NCBI GenBank assembly: GCA_002633005.1
Contig: NMRA01000409.1
Span: 249,831 to 313,830 of the forward strand
Direction of reading: 5' to 3'
DNA: 64,000 nt
Source: Phoronis australis
Lineage: Eukaryota; Animalia; Phoronida
The notes under the pieces were generated by a model, which was given only the letters and a program-made list of their open reading frames with translations, was not told where the DNA came from and did not search any database. The position numbers and the translations under genes were made by a program. Of the stretch, positions 11,001-23,000 are shown piece by piece (position 1 is the stretch's first letter; every line of letters starts with the position of its first letter).

Positions 11001-14000
11001 TTATATTAAATTATATACCTGTCCACCTTTCAACTGACTCGCGACTAATTATTCTCCAGGTCATACACAACTGCCGTGATTACAACTTTGACGTGACGTG
11101 AAATTTTAATTTTAATGTTAACGGCAATTGCTACAGCCATTGAAAGTCCAGATAGTATCAACATACTTTCTCTGCCTCGTTGACTGAGTCAAGTGCCTTC
11201 TGGGAAGTATTTCGTCCAGACTCCACAAGAGCCTTGGTCAGTTGGTAGCTCTGCTCTATACCCAGAATCTCAGACTTGAATCGCTGCAGCTGGTTGTTGG
11301 TGGAAGTGCCACTAGATGTCGCTAGTATTGCCTTGTCGTTTACCTGAAAGAAACAACATGCGGACTTTAATGCCATCAAATCTGCAATAAAGTCAATTAA
11401 AAAAAAACGTGCAGTTTTCTGTGCAGTTTTAAGCAGTAGTCTGGTATACACTAGAAATGAGAAGAATACACTAAGCATTCGCAGAAGAACATAGTCTGAA
11501 ACTAAGCTGCAAAACTGTCTAGTAGGGTTTCTGTTCTATCAAATTCTCGGAAATTTTCACTAACCTATCACAGTTTCCTGCACAGATTTGAAGGATTGTA
11601 CAAAAGGACATTTAGTATTCCATGTACAAAAACCTTTTAACTTTATTTCCACTCATTCTTCATTGATTGACTTGAGGGTAATTTGCACTTACAGGGGTTC
11701 CGCATTTTGAGAACCAGTTTTCTCCACAGAATAACTGGCGTCAAACTGGTTCTTAAAACGCAGGACCCCTGTAAGTAACGATTGTCAATTGTAGAAGCAC
11801 AGGACCTACCGTCTTAATTATAGCGTTGATACGATTTTCCAGCGTCACTATTTCGGCCAGCAGATACTCCGTTGAATTTCTATCACTTGCCGCCTGGCCA
11901 AGATTTGTCTGTATACTATTGAAGACAGCCAAGGCATCAAGGGCTTCTTTCTGAGCATGCCCAGTGATATTTAGCACCTCCGCAGCCGTCTTCTCTCCAA
12001 GTCGAGCAGCCGCGTATGTCTGGTTTACTTTGTCCGGCGAGATGTTAGTGGCGTTGATCTGTTGAGTGATGTTAAGGATGGCACTGAGGGAGCGCAGTGT
12101 TATAGCAAGGGTAGCAGATGACAGTGCTTCAGACACGTTAGTTCTGTTGCCAATGGTAACAAGGTTCTGTCGTGCCGTACGGACATCATTAACAACTGCT
12201 GTAAGGTTCGCCATCAATTCAGTGGCAAGTTTCTGAAATAAAAACAAATAAAAACGATGTCATTTTACAGTAACCTCAAGTGTACTCTTTCCTTCAACTG
12301 CCATGTCAAGAGAGACGCGACACAGAAATGCCAATTTTACCATAATCGTTATTTCTTAGTCGTGCCCCTTGTAAGGAGCATACAAGGAGCATGGTCATTG
12401 ATCTGTTCAATGAAATTTAATGAACACACAAACATGATGGCTGGGAACTCATTGTTGGATTTACAGTTATTCAAAATCTGAAAAAACTCCAAGCACAGAT
12501 ATTGATTTGCATTTAGTAACGGCAAACATCCAAAACAACTGATATTCTCCTTTCATCAGATAGCATGTCAAAAACACAAAATAAAACAAACCAAAGCACT
12601 GTAGGTTTTGTTGTTGCGATAAGCAAAAGCAATGTTATGTTAGACTACCTTATAAACCTCGGCCGCACTTTTTGCAGTATTGGCTGACACGCGTGCCTGT
12701 GAGGCATTCTGGGTCACATACTGACTCTCCGTTATTTTTCCCTCCATATCCACCTTTCGTTGGTTCACCGTCCTTGAAGCTGATTGGATAGATGTGGAGG
12801 CTTGTCCCGCAGAAGACTCCGCGGATGAGATCTTCTGCTGAACTACACTTTCATCAACACCACTCATTGCGTCATTCAATTGGTTAACCTTGTTACGGTT
12901 GGTGTCCACTTCTTCCAAAGTGCTCCGTTTTGTAGCTATCTTTGTTGCACTATTCCGGTTATTTTCTGCCACTTGAAGCTTGTTCAGACTGTCCGCCACT
13001 CGGCGGATAAGTTCTTGCATCGTCTGATTGGCTGCAATGATACCAGCTGTCATGTTTGCGATATTATTCCACGATGCGTTGCCAGCGGCGTACACTGCCA
13101 TCTGTTGGGTGGTATACTGTTCAATTTTTGTGCGTAGACTAGCGGGTGACTCAGTCCCGCCTTGCCCGACGTCGACACTTCCGTCAAAAGCTGTAGCATT
13201 AGACAGATCAAGATGTCCAAACGTCTGGTCCAAAGCAGCCAACAGTTTGTCGAGCCGGTCAATCTCCTGGAGAATCTATATAAAAACAACAAGTACAGTA
13301 GCAGAGAATAATAATGAATGCAAAAATAACACTGAATGGTTATTTGCTTAATTTCAAAATGGATGGCCTTTAACTACACAATGCATGTTTTATTTTGTGG
13401 AGTTACACTTATTCATTTAATATTTGTTTTTTAGTCACAAAAGGCTCTAACAGAAGATTACATTATCAAACNTACATTTAATGTCCTTATTGACAAAAGG
13501 CCCCCATGGAAAGCAGTTTGAACTGATGGGGCTACCCCCATTTTATATATTACATTTAGCAATAAAAATAAATAAACTAAAACATGCAGAATCAAGAAAA
13601 GGGAAGAATGACGCAACATTAGAATGAACTTATAAGATGTTAGGCAACACTGAGACAATCGTACAGTCATATACAGTGGACTTATCTCCCCGACCTGATC
13701 GTATCCCTCACGCAGGTAACCCAGGTGACCTGTCAGTGTCTGTGCCAGGGCAATAGAGTCATTAACCGCAGTCACATTTTGCCTCATTGTGTCGAGGATG
13801 GGCCGGAACTCCTCAACAGTTTTATTGTCTGCAAAGAAACATTTAAGCCAATCAGAACTCATTGAATGTCACGGTCAAAATGATTGTCGCCCCATGTGGG
13901 AGATGAGATATGTACTAGAAGATAGCCTATATCAACCAGCGGCCACTTTTTAAGGGGAGTCCTTAACAGATACTGATTACGATTAATGGACCTATGGTCA

Positions 14001-17000
14001 TCACAGGAGAAAATGCTTTTATTGGGCCTTGCTTACCACAGTTACATCAATTGCAATAAGGGATCGCTATTATTTTTATGGTTGGTAAATGAGGGATAAT
14101 GCTGGTATACTGGTAATAAATGCAGATATCAACGGCCTTTACCAAAGTTGTTCCAAATGCCCAGTGCTTTATTGTACTCTGTCGCCATCTTCAATCCAAC
14201 CTCGTCGATCTTCTTGGCCCAACTGTCAAAGCAGTTTCCGCAGAGTTCGCAGTCAGGAAATGTCCCTGGAAGAAAAAAATACAAGATATCCATCAGCATC
14301 AATTGAAATCACTGAGATATTCAACGTAACCATGGCAACTTTTCAAAAACTTGGTCAAGAGCAACGCGGAGCATTGAAATGTGCCCACGAATGCATCGCA
14401 AATAGTGTGCTTTTGGGGTTATTTATTTGTAGCATAAAAATGGCCACTAGATGGCACAACAAAGTACAATACATCGAAAAACAGGAACATGCCATATTTC
14501 ATAAAAATCTGTCAAGGAACTTCCCAGAAACCATGGAAAACAGAATAAAATGAAATTGCCACTAGGGGACACAGAATCCATTGTATCTGCCTGAAAGTTG
14601 TCGTCGTCTGTTATTTTCATACAGCTACGGGCGCAAAACAAAACAAAACTACCAATAGGAGGCATCACAGTATTTAGTCGCCATCATCAAACATCCTCTT
14701 CACACAGAACATTTACGTCAATTTTATAAACCATCCCTAGGGTAAGTATGATTTGGTTGATAGAGGGGTGGACGCCAAAACCAGGGTTTGAAAACAGCAA
14801 AAATGGCCACTAGGTGGCGCAAAATACCTCGATTCCATCCAAATAAAAGAGGATAGCATCATCTTTTCAACAGATGGCTATACTCAAAATTTTATGAAAA
14901 TCTGTTGAGGACCTTTGAAGATACAGACTGAGGTAAACATATAAAAACTAAAATTGCCACTAGGAGGCACACCATTGATCAGATCCGTCTGAAAGTCGTC
15001 GTTGTCCGTTGTCAACATCATATAAATTCACCGTCTTGCTAAATTAAGACAGTAAAAAACAGAAAAAATGGCCACTAGGTGGCGCAAACTAGGTAGATTC
15101 CAAATGAAAATGAAGAGATAGCATCACCTCATTAACAAATGCATGTATGCCAAATTTTATGAAAATACGTTGAAGACCTTTGAAGATAAAGAGGTAAACG
15201 TAAACAAAAATAAAATTGCCACTAGGTGGCACACCAGTAGTCAGATCCATCCGAAAGTCGTCGTTCTCCGTTATTAACATCATATAAACACACTTACTAA
15301 ATTTAGTAAAGATCCTGCAAATGGTTACAGCCATGGGCGCAAAAAAACAAAACTGCCACTAGGAGGCACCACAGTGGTTGAAGTCGCCGGAAAATCATCG
15401 TTAGCCATTCCTTTCATAGTAAGAACATACATGACAATTTTCGCAATCATTCTTTGAGCGGTTTGGTTGATGGAGGGACGGATGCAAAAGAAAGACTCGA
15501 AAACAGTAAAAATGGCCATCCGAAAACAAAAGCATAGCATCAACTCATTAATAGATGCCTATGTGCCAAATTTCATGAAAATCGGTTGAGGACCTTTGAA
15601 GATACAGAGGCAAACGTAAAAACTAAAATTGCCACTAGGGGGCACAACGGTATTCGGGTCGGCCCAAAACTCGCCGCCCTTTGTCATTAACCCCATAGGA
15701 ACACACCTTCCAAATTTCAATAAGATCCTAACAGGGGCTTAGGAGACAAGCCGCGGACGCCTACACAGAGATGACAGCAATATGCGCCCACATATAAATA
15801 TGTGGGTGCATAAATATGAAAATAATCATTCCCAGGAAAATTTCAAGGCATTTGTATGAAGAAAATTCTTGTCCAAAACATGAACTACAACTTACCAACG
15901 TAGACGCCACGCACGTACGAATATTCACCTGTGTAAAACAAAGAGAAGAACGTTGTGTAGTGGCAAAAATGGACTTTAAACAAAACAAAAATATTCTTGT
16001 TTTCAAAAAACAAACTTGTTAGTGTTCCAAAAAAAAATCAATTTTCAAAAGTTAAAAATGCACTCACATAAATTTACAATATTAGACAATGCAGTGGTCA
16101 TATTTATTTGCATCAAAAATCACCAAAATTTTGATACAAGAGTTGCTCTTCTATTGACTTGCTTTCGTGTTTTCGAAAAAGCCCGAAGGATTTCAATGAA
16201 AATTTTTAATGTTTTCACAAAACTGCATCTGCAGTACGTTACTATCCATGACACTCAAGATATCATTCATAGCCAATCCGTGAAAATTTGATCCCAGCTT
16301 AAAATTCCGAATGAATGCACAAGTGAGAACACTCCATAACGATTACATTAATTACAAAATTTGTACCAAACAAATGCAAATGATATCATTGCACATCAAT
16401 AATCATAATCAATCTCGTCACATTATATCCAACAACCCTTCACCTGTGGCTACATTTCCCTTAATATCCTTGAATAGTTCGGTCACTTGAAAAACGTACC
16501 AACAGTCACAACTGATTACGCACAATCTGATCCGATATGGAATGAAGCACTTACCCGATGAGCCCTTCTGACACTGGTTGCACATCCTGCCCCCTATTGA
16601 CGGTTTGTTGCAGCTACACTGACCTGTCACCAGGTCACAGTTGATTGAGTCAGAGCCAGTCATATTGCAAGCACAGGCTGCAACAAAATTCTATGTATAA
16701 AAAGAGCACCGCGGCAAGTTCATTCAATAAAAAGCTTGCTGCCCAGTTTGTATTGGTGGAAATTTGAATATTATCCAATAGGACGTAAGACTTCAGAGAC
16801 CGAGATCCTCTTTGCTAAACACAGAAATCAGAATATCAGGTGAGTCCAGTGTTCCAAAAAAGAGAAAATTCAAACTCACCTGGAATAGAAAAATTCAGAA
16901 AGCCCATGCCCACACTTTGGGAGGTTTGCGTGTCGAGCCTTGCAATAAATAAATTGCACTGATACCAAAAGTCCTAATTTGCTTAAGAAATTTCAATCTC

Positions 17001-20000
17001 CTAATACTTCACACTCATTGCACACGTTTTCAAGCTCGACCCAAGAAAGTCAAAATCTTCACTCAACGCAGTGACAAGTCAAAACAGGTTGTGGAGAACA
17101 CTCTGTCTCGGTACTCAGTTTTTACAGTTTCTGCAACAATCGTGCAATATTCATGGTGACGGAGTCAAAATTTGAAGTACACGACCATCCCCATAATGTG
17201 CAAAAGAATAAACACAGACTGTAATCTTAAGTTATGCAATTGCCACAGCGGAGAATGCAGCAACAGAGATCACCTTAAAAGCTAACAGTACAAGCCAAAG
17301 TATTCAGACAAAACGACCCAGAATTCTCTGTCATGATGGCTGAATGACAGCCGCATTCATCACCAGAGTAGTCTCCCCTGATGACTGAGAATGAAGGGGA
17401 ATTAACTGGAAATGCAGTGAAGGTGGCTAAGCCATTCTGTTGAACTTTGCACTCCTAATACTTATTACTGGCCATTTTTGCTGTGAAAAGAATTAGGCGC
17501 CGTGACGGGGAATTTTGTCTGATTACTTTTGTCTCCTGCTGTATTTGCCTACCATCACAGCCTGTCTGCGGGTTAATGTTGTAGTGACCTTCCTTACAAG
17601 TGTCACACCTCCGACCTTGTACGTTGAGACGGCACTGACACTGACCAGACTGTGGAGACAAGAAATAAACAATTGGTACGGAATGTGCAAAAAAAACAAG
17701 ACACTCTTTCTACAGTAACTGGACATGCAAGTTTCCTTAGCACGAACGCAATGTGCTATCATCTTACTGTGATTCAGAAATAAAGAGCGACTTATGTGAA
17801 GTGGTTTGATTTTGGAAAGCTAGGTCAGCAGTATGATTTTCTGAAGTGTTTTTGCCTCGTAGATGGTCGAATTCAACTCCATGGTAACAATAAAGTTTTT
17901 AATGACCAAGGGATTTAGAAAATGCCAATTTTGTGGGGTAACTGGCCAGATTTTGGTATAGATATTAAGACACCTAAAGAGGGGAAAATTAATGTAGTTT
18001 TTTGTGTGTTTACTTAAGTTCCAGCATTTTGTCACTTTTTAAATCTTCCAAGTCAGCCTGAAACTTGAATTGCCAACCAGTTTCATTCAGTCTCAAAATC
18101 TTGTAGGACACGTTCTTTTGACACACCTTTTAACCATAAATCCAAGCTGTGATGTTAAATTGATTGAATAGGCTGATATTAGGGAATGGTCAAATGATTC
18201 AAGTAAAAAGTCATGGACCAGCTAAATGGCCAAGACACTGAAAAAAAATTGCATTTCGTTTTCATTAGCTCTGCCTGCCTTGACCTCAAGAATTTGAAGT
18301 GAGGTCAAACAAGTTTCTTTTACGTTCTTACAACAGTGAAGAGTTCCATCATGTTAGATGTTTCCAATAAAAATTAATTTTAGGAATGGTGTAGTCATTA
18401 AAAATGAAATCTTTCCAAGAAATGAGGGCAAACCTCCGATGTCAAAACTTCAAACATTGTACAATGACGAGGATTCAGAATTTTCACCACAGCTTTAATA
18501 GTGAATGCAAAAAGATTTTGTTAGACAAAATGTAAGTTCCGAATAACATCCTAAATAGTTGGCAGACATACAGTCTACTGAAAAAAAAAACAGTCGGGTG
18601 ATCAAATTTCCCACATTGCTCTCCTCTCACCTGGTCACAGCTGGAGCCGACCGCTCCCTTCTCATCACACTGGCATAGCTGGCAGCCCTGCCCGCTGGAG
18701 TAGTTGAACGCGTTGGCAACGCACGCTGAACAGTTGAATCCCTCCACGAATGGACGGCAGACGCACTGGCTTGTCACATGGTCACACTCCCCAGTGGAGC
18801 CGGGATTGTTACAGTTGTCACAAGCTAGAAACAGTAACAGGCATTAAGATAAATTAGTTAAGAAATTAAAGTTAATGAAAAGACAAGGCCATTAATCCCT
18901 CAAAATCGGACCCATTCGTCCCTGAAAAATATTGAAAAATAAAGCAAAATTCCCCTCATGATGTCCAAAAAAATTCCCCTCAAGGTTTGCATCACATGTA
19001 ACTTACACAGGTGATAATTTGTAAGAGCATAATGGCTACTTCAGGAAGGGCCTGTGAGAGCTTGCAACAGGATGGGAGTGGTATTGATGGTGATTGGGAG
19101 GTAGAATTTTCCCCTTACCCCGAAATATTCCCCTCTCAGAAGGCAGAGGCACCTTCCCCTTTGTATGAACGAGGGCCCTGAAAGATTTTACTGGCAAGTC
19201 AGTAGTTGAACACTCAGAGCTCCAGAATATCTTCAAGGCAAAAATTAAGACACTTTTGAATTGAAATTTTGATATCTTATAGCCGCATACATATTCCAGA
19301 TACGAGTTTTCCAAACATTTTCAACGACAATGGTTAAATGTTCTACTCTGCAATGCAATATGATAGACAGGAGGCACACTCTAAAAATTTCGACTCCCGT
19401 CATCTCTAATTTCCAGTACCTCCATGCATAATCAACCTGCATTCATTTTGAAGAGCCTACCTTTGCAGGGTTTGTTGTTGAGTGGGTTGCCGTAGTAACC
19501 AGCAGCACACCTCTCGCAGTTCATACCAGCAGTGTTGTCTCGGCAGGCAATGCAGACCCCCGTCAGACTATCACACGTATCGGCGAAACCATTACACTGG
19601 CACTTACTACAGCGCCCTCCATTGTTCTGTAAGAGAAATTACGCGTAACTATGTGAAACTCAGTGATCTGTTTGGCAACAAATGTACACTTCAATCACCT
19701 GCCACTGTCCTTGCTATATAAACACCTACTCACATTTACGAGCAAGCATGGATATTGAACCCACCCGAACAGGGATCCACCAATCATTAGGGAAGTGATT
19801 CTTAGCCAAAAGACAAAATCCCATGTATTATTATAACAAGTATTTATACCCTTACCGAGACATTCCTTGGTTGTCCATAGTAGTTCACATCACATCGTTC
19901 ACAATTCGACCCAACATGACCTTCAGCGCATGCGTCGCAGGACACGAATCCAGTCGCATTCCTTGAGCACGTCGCGGAGAACACGTTTACATCGCCACGG

Positions 20001-23000
20001 GGAATGTTTCCTGGACACGCGCATGGCTGACAGTCACCCGGGGAACCTTCCGTGGCGTTTCCGTGGAAACCATCACGACAGGCATCGCAGCTATCCCCGT
20101 AAGTGTTGTGAATACAACTACAGACCCCTGTTGTTGCATTGCAAGGACTAGACGGGTTGCCGTGACCGTTGCAATCACATGCGATGCATTTTGAGAATAC
20201 ATCACTGTTGGGGGGAGACCGTCTGAATCCAACGTCACATTGTTCGCAGTGAGATCCCTGGTAAATGAGCAGACATTTGTTTCAACAAAGAAATGCATTT
20301 TAATGTAGGGGATCACCTGAGAAGCTATTGTCATGAAATTCTTAACTCGTCTCAAATTTTGAAATTTGCCTTTCTAACAAAAGATGGCACTGCTTCATCT
20401 AAAAAAATGAGACACCCAACCACTAGAAACCATCGACTCTTTTAGTTTTCACTGTCAAATTTTTTAAACTTAGTGACAAATTAAAAATATTTTCCAAAGA
20501 CAGCTGCCTCATGTTAGTTTCCCACTATATCGCCTTCATCTCCCCCATTTCAATGAAGATATTCTAGCAAAATTCATCATTTTCAATTGTTAAGCATTTC
20601 TTGGGTGCACTGTAATTTTTGCCACAAGTTGATGAAAACAGTAAAAGCGCAAACTTCAATAAGTTTTCAAAAGATAATATCTTCTTGTCAAAAGTTGTCA
20701 AAACTTTAAATCATAAACATCTTCCAGCTTATTCTGAAATGACGAAATGCCGTCTTCCAGTAGTGTCTTATTTCTGGGTTTTTGAAAAAATTTTGACAAA
20801 GCCAGACAACAAATATCAGCCATTCTTCAAATTACAATCTGCGGCTTTCGCCGCTCAACAAAAAACTATTGGCATATCTAGAACCACGTCAGCAAAATCC
20901 AACTTTACCTTGTAGCCACTAGGACACTGACACAACTCCATATTTGTCACGCTCTGATTGGTTGACTTTTCTCTTACAGACGTAGCATAACCCAGCTTAG
21001 CTGAGTACAGCCTGACTTCAGCACCAGACTCCTGAAATATCACAGCATTTTTATAATTATGGCACACTTCATGCTCTGAAGCCACAGTGTCATCATTAAT
21101 TAGCATAATTTTTAAAAGACAACTATTGAAGTTGCTAAAAAGTTGTCTTCTGGCAAAAATAGACTTTTGAAATAGACAAAACTGGTCTAAGCTTTTTCTG
21201 CACTCAGTTTGGAGGCGATTCCAAGCCTTGGAGAGAAAAAGAGTCTTTGCTTTCTTGAGACCAGGTTTGCCAAGTTGGCTTGTCAAGATCATCATTATGC
21301 ACCGAGCATGGCTTGACAATGTGTCATACCTGAGTTCTTCTGGAGCTGGAAGTCTCTTCTCATATGAATCAAGAATAAGTTGTCCCAGAAAGCAGTTAGA
21401 GTGAAAAGAGACTTCAACATTTTTCCAATGGAAGGCAGGTTCATGGTCGCTTTAAAAGTTGATTTCGAACACTTTTAACTGCAGATTACTTCTCAATTAT
21501 AAATGATAGTAAGATATTGTGGCATGGAGATTGTAAGCCCAAGTGAGATGGACGCATTTAGCATTGTTTGTTTTTCATGTTTAAGCAATCCAGCAAAAGC
21601 CAAAATGAAAAAATCACTCAAAAGTCCCCGTCATGGCGGCCAGCACAATTTACGATCAGAGTACCCTTGATGAGTCGTGACAGGTGACACACACCTGCAT
21701 CGTGAATAAGAAATGAAATTCTGTCAATAAAATTATTTTCGGCACATATTTTAAGCGGAATCGTTCACTTACGTTGCTGTATTTGGCTCGGATGAGTAAA
21801 TCTTCCACACTGTATAGCACCTTCATCATTTGCTCATAGGTGGCACTAGGTCCGCCAATGGAGTCTATATACCAGTCGTCTTCCCGTAGCGTAAACTGCA
21901 AATTAAAGTCAAATGTGTCGTATTCAGTATCAGTTGGAAGTAAAATATAGTCTGGACTGCCCTCCTTTTTCAAATTTCATAACATTTTCAAATGAGGTCA
22001 GTATTGACAGACCCATTATCCACTCCTAACCATAGCCAGAAATTTTGGCCAGATAAAAAACTCACCGTGTACTTGGTAGGCTGCTGCTCTGGAATGCTGG
22101 GGAATTGTGCAACCAATGCATAGGAAACATGGCTGCCTCTGATGACAACATCACCACTACTTCTGTTGACCAAAGAATGGTTGCTCGACGATGACAGTTC
22201 AAAGGTCAACTGGTTGCCATAGGAAGACTGCTTGTCGCCAAGGAAAGAATCAATTGCTTTGAAGAAGAGGTGAGTTTTAGGTTGGTTACTGTCGACGTTA
22301 GACACAAGAACAACTCTCCTGAAATAGTGAACACAGCAAGAGTTAGCATATTTGAATTTGGCATTTAATATTTGAAGCAAAAAATTCACTAAAATGACAG
22401 AAAATAAAAAAGATTGCAGGCTGCACCATAAAACTTGTGTCTAAAAATTCACAGAACCTTATTGAAAGTCATACAGGGCTTCTTGGAAGGCAAATAAGCA
22501 TTCCTCACTTTATAACATACAGGTTCAGAGGAGTTCACCTCACTTTATAACATTCAGGTTCAGAGGAGTTCACCATCTGGGTCTGCTACTCAGTTGACTT
22601 GTCTAATAGTTGAAGAGTTTCTAGTGTTTGACATCTAGTTCACAAGTCATTTCACTTAGATGAAAAACAACATATCTAGGCTAGTTTTTTTCTGAACAAA
22701 TAGGCTTGCCAATCGCCAGCACCCCTAGATTGACTTCAGTTGGTTTTGATTTGTCATGTACCATAGCATGAATGAATGAAACTTTCTTAATCTGTATTAA
22801 CTTAATTAGAAGTAAACACTGCAACATACAGGACATAGAAACTGTTGAATAAGGCCAAACAGAACAATTGGTTGTGGTCTGTGCCCAACTCAATTTGAAA
22901 CCCACGCTTTCCTGTTCAAAAATACCCCCGCATCGTTTGGCAATTTTTGTTAAAGCCACACAAAAATCTAAGCTAGATGAATCAATTGGTGGCTCATATA

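Larger units (their letters stand above)
9791..11467. repeat. Tandem 840-bp near-identical duplication across a single N (10631)
   Basis: 9791-10630 versus 10632-11467; includes a (GAT)n tract and laminin exon 29. Confidence 0.9.

Noticed and set aside
10330-11343. Mutually exclusive or tandemly duplicated laminin exon
   Set aside because: Flanking introns are also nearly identical and the junction is a single N, the same pattern as two other sites; an assembly artefact is more likely.
13472-13472. Single N as another haplotype duplication
   Set aside because: No duplicated flanks are visible around this N.
14356-15812. CRISPR-like repeat/spacer array
   Set aside because: Eukaryotic intron; the intervening sequences are homologous to each other and irregular in length; no cas genes.
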